A stretch of DNA of 24,683 bases. Source: an uncultured Oscillospiraceae bacterium (GTDB lineage: Bacteria > Bacillota > Clostridia > Oscillospirales > Ruminococcaceae). Under the pieces are notes generated by a model. That model was not told the DNA's origin. It ran no database searches and saw nothing but the letters and a program-made list of their open reading frames with translations. Location: assembly GCA_958427155.1 (NCBI GenBank), contig CAUABB010000001.1, forward strand, positions 1-24,683. The letters are read 5' to 3'. A program made the translations under genes and the position numbers. Position 1 is the first letter of the stretch; each line of letters starts with the position of its first letter. Positions 1 to 8,016 of this stretch are shown here, in pieces.

Positions 1-204
1 CGTGGACTTGGTATTGGGAAGGCGTTATTTCAGGCAGTAGCTGCCGAAGCTGAGCGGCGAGGATGTCAACGAATGGAATGGACCTGCCTCGACTGGAACA
101 CTCCATCTATTGAATTTTACCGTCGTATGGGCGCCATTTCTATGGATGAATGGACCACCTACCGCCTTGCAGGAAAAGCAATTGGGGAAGCGGTAAAAAA
201 ATAA
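1..204 (+). CDS. 3' part of a GNAT-family N-acetyltransferase (spermidine/spermine N1-acetyltransferase-like); 5' end lies outside the window
   Basis: Frame 1 reads RGLGIGKALFQAVAAEAERRGCQRMEWTCLDWNTPSIEFYRRMGA...KK*, containing the acetyl-CoA motif A (RGxGxG) and the WNxxxxxFY motif. Not in the supplied ORF track. Confidence 0.85.
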   Translation, partial: RGLGIGKALFQAVAAEAERRGCQRMEWTCLDWNTPSIEFYRRMGAISMDEWTTYRLAGKAIGEAVKK

Positions 205-241
205 AACGCTGTAAAGCGAACAAAAAAGGAAGGGAAAACTG

Positions 242-1744
242 ATGCAGGAAACTATATGGGCTCTAGTGCCCGCAGTAATTGCAATTGTCCTGGCATTACT
301 CACAAAAGAGGTTTACGTTTCATTATTAATCGGTATTCTATCCGGCGCCCTATTCTTTACAAATTTTCATCCCCTTGACGCACTTGAAACCACCTTTCAA
401 ATTATGAGTGAAAAGGTGGGAGACAACACCAACATTATCATCTTCCTGGTTTTACTGGGAATGATTGTGGCTTTGATGAGCAAATCTGGCGCTTCACGCG
501 CTTATGGAAACTGGGCCTCAAAAAGTATTAAATCAAAGAGGGGGGCTCTTGCCGCCACATCAGGACTAGGGGCTCTGATTTTTGTAGATGATTATTTTAA
601 CTGTCTCACAGTTGGAACAGTTATGAGCCCAGTTACTGACCAACACCGGATTTCCCGCGCAAAACTCGCCTATATCATTGACGCGACCGCTGCGCCGATC
701 TGTATCATCGCTCCTATTTCAAGCTGGGCAGCAGCGGTTGGTTCCAGCTTGCCGGAAGGCTCTCAAATTGACGGTTTTAACTTGTTTTTGCAGACGATCC
801 CTTTTAACCTTTATGCTCTGCTTACTATTTTGATGGTTGTTTTTCTCATCATTTTCAATTTTGATTTTGGTGCGATGAAACGTTACAATGACACACACCA
901 GGGCGACGAAGAATTTAATGTTTCATCTACGTCCGCAAACGATTCTTCTAGGAAAGGAAAAGTATTTGATCTGGTGATTCCAATCCTTACTCTAATTGTC
1001 TTGTGTATTGCGGCAATGCTCTACACAGGTGGCATCTTAGAAGGGGCTAACATTATTGATGCGTTCGCCAACTGCAACTCTTCCCTTTCTCTGGTTTTTG
1101 GTTCTTTTTTCACTATCATCGTCATTTTCTTTCTTTATATTCCACGCAAAGTGGTCACTTTTACCGAATTTGCAGCAAGTCTAGTGGAAGGGTTTAAGGC
1201 AATGGTTCCCGCTATTCTGATTTTAACTTTTGCCTGGACGCTGAGCGGGATTTGCGGGGAAAGCTATTTAAACGCCGGGGGATTTGTTGCTAACTTTGTC
1301 CGTGAAACATCTCTTGCAACCACAATTCTTCCAGCAGCGTTTTTCTTGATTTCTCTCGGACTCGCATTCGCTACGGGAACGTCATGGGGAACTTTCGCTA
1401 TCCTAATTCCAATTGCAATCGCTATTTTTGGTGGAGTGGAATCACAGCTTCTTATCATCACCGTTTCTTCTATCCTGGCAGGCGCCGTCTGCGGAGATCA
1501 CATCTCCCCTATTTCAGACACCACCATTCTCTCTTCAACCGGAGCAAACTGCAATCACATGGATCATGTTTCCACACAGCTTCCTTATGCTCTTCTTGTC
1601 GCCAGCTGCTGTTTAATCGGGTACCTGATAGCAGGTTTCACCTCAAACGGATGGCTCTCTCTCGGGGTCAGTGCTGTTTTATTGATAGTTATACTTCTTT
1701 TCTTCTACCAGCATTCTAAAAAAGCAAAAATTATATCTAAATAA
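242..1744 (+). CDS. Na+/H+ antiporter NhaC-family membrane transporter (possibly amino-acid transport)
   Basis: 500-aa polytopic protein with FVDDYFN, LAYIIDATAAP, FATGTSWGTF and GDHISPISDTTILSS motifs; AAGGGA RBS. Confidence 0.88.
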   Translation: MQETIWALVPAVIAIVLALLTKEVYVSLLIGILSGALFFTNFHPLDALETTFQIMSEKVGDNTNIIIFLVLLGMIVALMSKSGASRAYGNWASKSIKSKRGALAATSGLGALIFVDDYFNCLTVGTVMSPVTDQHRISRAKLAYIIDATAAPICIIAPISSWAAAVGSSLPEGSQIDGFNLFLQTIPFNLYALLTILMVVFLIIFNFDFGAMKRYNDTHQGDEEFNVSSTSANDSSRKGKVFDLVIPILTLIVLCIAAMLYTGGILEGANIIDAFANCNSSLSLVFGSFFTIIVIFFLYIPRKVVTFTEFAASLVEGFKAMVPAILILTFAWTLSGICGESYLNAGGFVANFVRETSLATTILPAAFFLISLGLAFATGTSWGTFAILIPIAIAIFGGVESQLLIITVSSILAGAVCGDHISPISDTTILSSTGANCNHMDHVSTQLPYALLVASCCLIGYLIAGFTSNGWLSLGVSAVLLIVILLFFYQHSKKAKIISK

Positions 1745-1762
1745 ACTAGGTGGTAAATTTAC

Positions 1763-1798
1763 AAAAAGAGGCATTTCAATCTTGAAATGCCTCTTTTT
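1763..1798. terminator. Bidirectional intrinsic terminator between convergent genes
   Basis: Perfect inverted repeat AAAAAGAGGCATTTCAA-TC-TTGAAATGCCTCTTTTT with A and T tails. Confidence 0.85.
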
Positions 1799-2621
1799 AT
1801 TTAGCTACAGCACACATAGTTTTTGAACCGTCTTCCAAAGGAACGCCACATACATCTCCAAACAGACTTACACTGTCGAAGCCAGCAGTCTGCAACTCCC
1901 TCAAAAGCATTTCTGACGTATAGCATTGATTCCAAATATGATAACAGCGGCATTCTTCCTCGGTAATAACCACATACTGTTCCAGATAATTAAGCGTATC
2001 CGGATAATGAAACACTCGATGAACACAAGCGTATGGCCGCGGGCTCCAAAACCCCTGTTTCTCATATTCAATGCTCTGACTTTCAGGAAGCTCCTCCAAA
2101 AACAGATCCGTCCATACATCAAAGATAAAAAGGCCTTCCGGCTTCAGCGCCTTCTTAATTTTACGCAACAACTCCAAGCGTCTGTCCGGGGGGATAACTC
2201 CAAGGTCACAATAGATCAACACTGCCAAATCAAACTCATTTTCAAAATCGAGGTCAAGATAATTCTGGCAGTAGTAATTAATTTTTCGCTCCCCCACATG
2301 CTGTTTCGCATATTCGATCGAACGGCGGGAAAGATCGATTCCGGTAACTTTAAATCCCTGATCAGCAAAAATATTGGCGTAAAGGCCCGGGCCGCAGCCA
2401 AGGTCAAGTAACCTTGCTTCTCGCCCCGCCTCCACAAACTGCGAAATCCATTTTGCAGATCTTCGAATAAAGGCGTGATTGCGGGAAGCGGCATCAATTT
2501 CAGGATCAAGGTGTGCCTTTAGCATTTGTTCCGATATATACTCGTCATCCCAAAAACGCTGAACTCCTGGGGTGTAAATATCCGGTTTCTTCCTCAAAGC
2601 ATCTAATAATGTACGGTACAT
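1797..2621 (-). CDS. Class I SAM-dependent methyltransferase
   Basis: Motif I LLDLGCGPG, VTGIDLS, FDLAVLIY and LKPEGLFIFDV. Confidence 0.9.
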   Translation of the reverse strand: MYRTLLDALRKKPDIYTPGVQRFWDDEYISEQMLKAHLDPEIDAASRNHAFIRRSAKWISQFVEAGREARLLDLGCGPGLYANIFADQGFKVTGIDLSRRSIEYAKQHVGERKINYYCQNYLDLDFENEFDLAVLIYCDLGVIPPDRRLELLRKIKKALKPEGLFIFDVWTDLFLEELPESQSIEYEKQGFWSPRPYACVHRVFHYPDTLNYLEQYVVITEEECRCYHIWNQCYTSEMLLRELQTAGFDSVSLFGDVCGVPLEDGSKTMCAVAK

Positions 2622-2648
2622 TATGATCCCTTTCCAGTAATTTTAAGA

Positions 2649-3566
2649 TTAAAACCACTTGTTTTTCTTAAAATAAATAATTTCCACAATAACCAGAAGA
2701 ACACTGACAGTAATGACAACCGGATATCCCCATTCCCATCCATATTCTGGCATTCGGAGATTCATCCCATACCAGCCTGCAATTAATGTCAGTGGCAGAA
2801 AAATAGAAGTAATCACTGTAAAAAATTTCATCACACGGTTCAAACTGATATCAACCTGAGCCTGGTAAGCATCTCGTATTTCAGTCACATATTCCTGAAG
2901 GCGCCCAACACGATCATAAAGACGATCAATTTTATTTGCATATATTTTAACATATTTAAGTGCTGTTCCATCTAACAGACCATTTTCATTTTCTGAAAAG
3001 TCTTCCAGCAAATCAAAAGTCTGTTCATAGATTTGGCGCAGCCGCATCAAATGTTTGCGAAAATGAATAATTGATTTTACATAATCTGTTTTTTCTTTTC
3101 CCGTTATAATTTTATCCTCCAGCTCCGATATGCATCCTTCCAGATATTCCAAATATTCCACATCTCGATTCCCTTGGCTCTCAAACAGTCGAACAATTAC
3201 TTTCCCCAGTGTCCAAAAAATATTTTTTTCCTTTGCAAAAGAATCTATCAGTGATTTAACCCATCCATCTTCTTGACAAACCACTTGAAGCCAGCCTGGG
3301 CCAAACAGCATGTACACCCGGTCCAAGCGAAGTTTATGATGTGGAAAAGCAACCTTGCCAAAACAGATTAAGTCGACTCCCTCACGACTTTCAAAACGGA
3401 TCGCCTGATTTTCAAATGCACTTTCCACAAGAGCGCGGGCCGCGTTACCTTCTATTAATTCAAGGGGTTCCTGCATATGATTGACCGCAATATAACTGTC
3501 CTGCCGGTTATACATCTCTTGTTTGGTACAGGGCATCAAAATTCCGGCTCGAATCCGGTAAAACAT
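2649..3566 (-). CDS. corA: CorA-family Mg2+/divalent cation transporter
   Basis: Two C-terminal TM helices with the YGMN signature (AGWYGMNLRMPE). Start moved from 3596 to ATG 3566 because GAGGAG lies 7 nt upstream of it. Confidence 0.88.
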   Translation of the reverse strand: MFYRIRAGILMPCTKQEMYNRQDSYIAVNHMQEPLELIEGNAARALVESAFENQAIRFESREGVDLICFGKVAFPHHKLRLDRVYMLFGPGWLQVVCQEDGWVKSLIDSFAKEKNIFWTLGKVIVRLFESQGNRDVEYLEYLEGCISELEDKIITGKEKTDYVKSIIHFRKHLMRLRQIYEQTFDLLEDFSENENGLLDGTALKYVKIYANKIDRLYDRVGRLQEYVTEIRDAYQAQVDISLNRVMKFFTVITSIFLPLTLIAGWYGMNLRMPEYGWEWGYPVVITVSVLLVIVEIIYFKKNKWF

Positions 3567-3611
3567 TTTCGACTCCTCACTTTTAAAATATCCCATCTGC
3601 TACTTATATTC

Positions 3612-3643
3612 AAAACACCCCCTGTCATTTACATGACGGGAGG
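3612..3643 (-). terminator. Probable intrinsic terminator after the pit-DUF47 operon
   Basis: Minus strand CCTCCCGTCAT-GTAA-ATGACAGGGGG followed by TGTTTT, immediately after the DUF47 stop. Confidence 0.6.
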
Positions 3644-3645
3644 CA

Positions 3646-4266
3646 TTAACTGTTTTTCATAATCACCATCTGTACACCTTCGCTTGTATGTTCACAAGCG
3701 TCGCAACATTTTTCCATATGATCAAAAATTGCCGTCCAGGCATAAATTTCAGTCGGAGAATAGACGGAAGTATAAAGACTGCGAATTGCTTTGGTATAAA
3801 GCTGATCTCCCTCTCCTTCAAGGCGATTAACCTCTACAATACAAGTTTGTATCTCAGAAGACTTTTTATAATGCTCGAACTCCTCCATCAACTTGCAAAG
3901 TTCGTCACAACAGGCAACAATCAGGTCGGCGAACTTAAAAGCATCCGGCCGGATAAGTTGAATATTAAACATATAAAGACGAAGCAGTACGTCCTCAACC
4001 GAATCGGTAATATTGTCAATCTCCTGCCCTAAAGCAATAATATCTTCCCGGTCAATTGGCGTAATAAATTCCTTCACTAAAAGATCCGCTATTTCATGTT
4101 TGGCCTGATCAGCGGCATGTTCAATACTGTGCATATAGTCCATTCTTTCAGGAAGTTTTTGTATGTCATACTCATGAAGAATTTCTCGAAGTGTCTGTGC
4201 AGCCTTTGCCGAATACTCAACGAGCTCTTTCAGCATTTGATAATAATTATGCTGCTTTTTTCCCAT
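3646..4266 (-). CDS. DUF47 / PhoU-like phosphate transport regulator
   Basis: EHAADQAKH, FITPIDREDI, EGEGD and EKCCDACE motifs; adjacent to pit. Confidence 0.9.
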   Translation of the reverse strand: MGKKQHNYYQMLKELVEYSAKAAQTLREILHEYDIQKLPERMDYMHSIEHAADQAKHEIADLLVKEFITPIDREDIIALGQEIDNITDSVEDVLLRLYMFNIQLIRPDAFKFADLIVACCDELCKLMEEFEHYKKSSEIQTCIVEVNRLEGEGDQLYTKAIRSLYTSVYSPTEIYAWTAIFDHMEKCCDACEHTSEGVQMVIMKNS

Positions 4267-4287
4267 ACTCAGGTTCCATCCTTTTCC

Positions 4288-5340
4288 TTAAAATACCGCA
4301 ATAAATAATTTTGCCATTAAAAAGCCAATCACTCCACACCCCGGGAAAGTCAACACCCACGCGAGTACCATCTCACGAACTACGCCCCAGTTAACGCTGC
4401 TCATCCGCCGCGCCGCGCCAACTCCCATAATTGCCGTTGTCTTTGTATGGGTCGTACTAACCGGCAGGCCCGAAATTGATGAGATCAACAGGCAAACAGA
4501 ACCGGCAAGGTCAGCAGAAAAGCCCTGATATTTCTCCAGTTTAACCATGTCCATTCCTACCGACTTGATAATCCGATACCCACCAATACTGGTACCAAGC
4601 GCCATGACAGCACTGCATAAAACCATTAACCAAATAGGAATAGAAAAACTGGTAACATCAGCCTTTCCCTGCGCTAAGAAAACTCCGAGCAAAAAAACTC
4701 CCATAAACTTCTGCCCATCCTGCGCACCGTGCATAAATGCCATTGCTCCCCCGCTTGCAATCTGTGCCCAGCGAAAAAATGGAGCGGTTTTTCTTCGGTC
4801 GGCACGCCGAAAAGTGAATTCTGTCAGCTTTGCAGAAAGCCATCCGAAACCAAATCCGAGCAAGGTAGAAAGAAGAAGGCCATAAATCACCTTTACCCAC
4901 TCGCCACCATTAATACCTCCAAAACCATTCTGAAGCGCAATTGCAGCACCGGAAAGACCAGCAATTAAAGCATGGCTTTCACTGGTCGGAATACCGAAAT
5001 ACCAAGCCGCAACCGCCCAAGCGACAATCGCAAACATAGCGGCACACAGCGCCACCAAAGACTGATGGCTTTCCCCATGGAAGTCAACCATGTTATAAAT
5101 CGTCTCCGCCACTGTAGCGTTAATCGCCGTCATTACAAAGACCCCGGCGAAATTCATTACCGCTGCCATAATAATAGCCGCACGGACGCCCATACTTCTG
5201 GTTGAAACACAGGTAGCAATTGCGTTTGGAGCATCCGTCCAACCATTTACCAGTATGACACCCAACGTCAGCAAAACGGTAACGGAAAGAATTGGATTGG
5301 TTAAAAGCTGAGACAGAAAATCTCCCAATGAAATTGACAT
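4288..5340 (-). CDS. pit: Inorganic phosphate transporter, PiT family
   Basis: PHO4-domain signatures NGWTDAPNAIAT, GIPTSESHA, HGAQDGQK and GLPVSTTH. Confidence 0.92.
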   Translation of the reverse strand: MSISLGDFLSQLLTNPILSVTVLLTLGVILVNGWTDAPNAIATCVSTRSMGVRAAIIMAAVMNFAGVFVMTAINATVAETIYNMVDFHGESHQSLVALCAAMFAIVAWAVAAWYFGIPTSESHALIAGLSGAAIALQNGFGGINGGEWVKVIYGLLLSTLLGFGFGWLSAKLTEFTFRRADRRKTAPFFRWAQIASGGAMAFMHGAQDGQKFMGVFLLGVFLAQGKADVTSFSIPIWLMVLCSAVMALGTSIGGYRIIKSVGMDMVKLEKYQGFSADLAGSVCLLISSISGLPVSTTHTKTTAIMGVGAARRMSSVNWGVVREMVLAWVLTFPGCGVIGFLMAKLFIAVF

Positions 5341-5380
5341 AAACTGCCCTCATACAACGATATTTTGATGATACGGTTTC

Positions 5381-5408
5381 ATTATACTATGGTTCGCAAA
5401 AAATTCAA
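5381..5408 (-). promoter_or_regulatory. Putative sigma-A promoter of pit-DUF47
   Basis: Minus strand TTGAAT-16 nt-TATAAT, about 40 nt upstream of the pit start. Confidence 0.5.
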
Positions 5409-5422
5409 TATCTAAAAACACA

Positions 5423-6802
5423 TTATTTCTGACGCTCTTTTGGATAAACTGGCGCAGGAACTGCAAATTCAGGCAGATGAAACAGCTTTCTTGTCACAAC
5501 AAAATAGCCAATCACCAAAAGAACCATGGCACTGATCCATGCCATTGAATTAGCAAGGCAAGCGCCGGTAAACCCCCAAGCAGCTGTTAAAACAATTGCT
5601 GCAAAAATACGGACAATCAATTCTAAAGCCCCGGAAAGGGTTGGAATAAAACTTCTTCCAAGCCCCTGGATGGTATTTCGAACGACAAATAAAATAGCGA
5701 GAAAAACATAACAAATTCCATTAATTGTCAACATAATTTGAGCCATTGAGATAACTTCCGGCGCGCTTTCCCCAACAAAAGCCATAATAAGATATTTTCC
5801 TGCACAAATATTGACAACACCAAGCGCAATACTGATAGCGCCTGCAATTAGGCAACACTGACGAACTCCCGTTTTAATTCGTCCAACCAAATTGGCACCA
5901 AAATTTTGAGCTGTATAGGTTGCCATTGCAATTCCAAAAGACATGCTTGGCATTGTCATCAGATTATCAATTTTAGAAGCAGCTGTATAAGCTGTAACTG
6001 CGGTAGTTCCTAAAGTATTCAACGCCACCTGAACAGTAATTGTTCCAATCGCAATAATAGAAGACTGAAATCCCATTGGAATTGCCAGCTTTAAATGCAG
6101 AAACACCTGTTCTTTATTCTGGCGCCAATCTTCACGGCGAATATGTAGAATGGGAAATCGCTTCATAATATAAACCAAACAGAGAAGCCCTGAAACCGCC
6201 TGTGAAATAACAGTTGCAAAAGCGGCACCAGCAACCCCCATTGAACAAGCAAGAATAAACACAAAGTCAAGTACAATATTGAGCAGGCTAGCAACAACTA
6301 AAAAAATAAGTGGAGTTCGGCTATCTCCAAGAGCGCGCAGAACATTAGAAAGAAAGTTAAACAAAACCGAAGCTGCGATTCCGGCGTAAATAATCACGAT
6401 ATAACTGTAAGCATCGTCAATGATCTTAGATGGTGTCTGCATCAATATCAAAACCGGACGAGCCAAAAGAACACTGACAGCTGTCAAAACAACTGTTACC
6501 CCAATCGCAATGATGATACCTGTGGCGAAGCCTTTTCGGACCCCCTCTTCATCTCCGGCTCCAAACCGTTGTGCCACTACAATTGCAAGTCCAGAAGTCA
6601 TTCCTTGAGCAAAACCAATAATGAAAAACATAATACTTCCTGTACATCCGACCGCCGCAAGTGCGTCTGCGCCAATCGTCCGCCCAACAATTAAAGTATC
6701 TGCCATATTATAAAGCTGCTGAAAAATATTACCGAGTAACAACGGCAGCGTAAACAACACAATCAGCTTCGCGGGTTTTCCCTGGGTTAAATCCTTCGTC
6801 AT
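5423..6802 (-). CDS. MATE-family efflux transporter
   Basis: DLTQGKP...LPLLLGNIFQQLYNMADTLIVG N-terminus, LRALGDSRTP, LNIVLD, GVAGAAFAT; about 12 TM segments. Confidence 0.92.
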   Translation of the reverse strand: MTKDLTQGKPAKLIVLFTLPLLLGNIFQQLYNMADTLIVGRTIGADALAAVGCTGSIMFFIIGFAQGMTSGLAIVVAQRFGAGDEEGVRKGFATGIIIAIGVTVVLTAVSVLLARPVLILMQTPSKIIDDAYSYIVIIYAGIAASVLFNFLSNVLRALGDSRTPLIFLVVASLLNIVLDFVFILACSMGVAGAAFATVISQAVSGLLCLVYIMKRFPILHIRREDWRQNKEQVFLHLKLAIPMGFQSSIIAIGTITVQVALNTLGTTAVTAYTAASKIDNLMTMPSMSFGIAMATYTAQNFGANLVGRIKTGVRQCCLIAGAISIALGVVNICAGKYLIMAFVGESAPEVISMAQIMLTINGICYVFLAILFVVRNTIQGLGRSFIPTLSGALELIVRIFAAIVLTAAWGFTGACLANSMAWISAMVLLVIGYFVVTRKLFHLPEFAVPAPVYPKERQK

Positions 6803-7020
6803 ACACTTTACTCCTATTCAAGAATCATTGCTGTTATTCAATCATCAAATAATATATTAACACCTAACTCCCTTACGCCGTCAAGAGCTTTTTATAATTT
6901 CGGTATATCTTACAGTTTCTTTTTCATTTCTATCTTACATTTTGTTTTTCAGTAATATAAAAAGGCTTTTAAAATTTTTCATCTTAATCTCTCTATTATT
7001 CTTCTGCTTATTTTAAAAGC

Positions 7021-7050
7021 AAAAGGCCGCGCAACTGCGCGGCCTTTTTT
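7021..7050. terminator. Intrinsic terminator downstream of the APH-like gene
   Basis: AAAAGGCCGCGCA-AC-TGCGCGGCCTTTTTT. Confidence 0.85.
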
Positions 7051-7059
7051 AAACAACAA

Positions 7060-7809
7060 TTATTCAAAGCTGATAATATCAAGCCAGGACATCAAGAACT
7101 CTGCCTCGCCATCAATATTTCTGGAAAGCTGAACAGCCGCAACCACTGGAAGCCACTGCTGAATATATTGTTTTGCAACATCAGTTTTAATGCAAACTTT
7201 TTTCAGATAGCTTTCGGCCAAATCTTTCTGCCCATTCATCATAAAATAAAGGTATGTTCTGGCTGTATCAGAACTTCCGTTCCCCTGAACTGCATGAGAC
7301 CAGTCAATAATATAAGGAGTTCCATCATCGGTAATAATGATATTGCTGGGGACCAGATCACCGTGGCAAACTTTGTTATGCTTCGGAGCAGCATCCAGCC
7401 GGCTATGGAGCTCATAACGAACTGACGGATCAATCTTCAAGCTGGAAATCGCATTATGCATTTTCTCACGGAGACGATTCAAATGTGCTGCACGTTTGCT
7501 GTGAATTTCCATTTGAATGTCAACCAGTTGATCAACATATTTATCAATATTTTGTGGGTCTTCCTCAATCATCTGCTCAAGGGTTTTCCCTTTAATATAC
7601 TCCATTACAATAGCCCATTTGCCATCCATCTGGCAAACTTCCAACACTTTAGGAACATTTAAACCAGTTTCCTGAACACGAACCTGGTTAAGTGCCTCAT
7701 TAAAAACGTTAGAAGCAGGGAATGTTTCATCAAAAGTTTTGTATACTTTAGTTCCATCCGTATACACAACTTTATGGGGACGAGTAAAAATAACCTGCAA
7801 ATTATCCAT
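7060..7809 (-). CDS. Aminoglycoside-phosphotransferase / choline-kinase-fold protein of unknown substrate
   Basis: Brenner motif CHGDLVPSNI, IIDW, VPKV and MEYIKG; AAGGAG RBS. Confidence 0.85.
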   Translation of the reverse strand: MDNLQVIFTRPHKVVYTDGTKVYKTFDETFPASNVFNEALNQVRVQETGLNVPKVLEVCQMDGKWAIVMEYIKGKTLEQMIEEDPQNIDKYVDQLVDIQMEIHSKRAAHLNRLREKMHNAISSLKIDPSVRYELHSRLDAAPKHNKVCHGDLVPSNIIITDDGTPYIIDWSHAVQGNGSSDTARTYLYFMMNGQKDLAESYLKKVCIKTDVAKQYIQQWLPVVAAVQLSRNIDGEAEFLMSWLDIISFE

Positions 7810-7860
7810 GAGAGAATCTCCTTTCCACGCACCGCACTCATGCGGATTTCATCTACTGCT

Positions 7861-7912
7861 ATTATAACAGAATCCTATTTTATTTTCCATAGATTTTGTA
7901 ATTGTTTCACAA
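7861..7912 (-). promoter_or_regulatory. Putative promoter of the APH-like gene with a possible degenerate Rex box
   Basis: Minus strand TGGAAA-17-TATAAT with a TG extension. TTTGTAA-TTGT-TTCACAA at 7895-7912 has one perfect Rex half-site. Confidence 0.45.
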
Positions 7913-7970
7913 ATATTTTATAAGAAACTGCTTATCCCTCTCCGTTTATATTTCAAAATAGAGTATTCCG

Positions 7971-8003
7971 AAAAAAGCGGCGGAGGATTCATGTCTCCGC
8001 CGC
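7971..8003 (-). terminator. Intrinsic terminator of adhE
   Basis: Minus strand GCGGCGGAG-loop-CTCCGCCGC followed by TTTTTT. Confidence 0.85.
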
Positions 8004-8016
8004 CCAACGGACGGTT

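Noticed and set aside
1..241. Possible lysine riboswitch upstream of the NhaC-family gene
   Set aside because: The region is the coding 3' end of a GNAT gene, leaving only 37 nt intergenic.
7060..7809. Aminoglycoside resistance gene call
   Set aside because: Only fold-level APH motifs are present, in a housekeeping context beside adhE with no resemblance I can recognise to clinical aph alleles.
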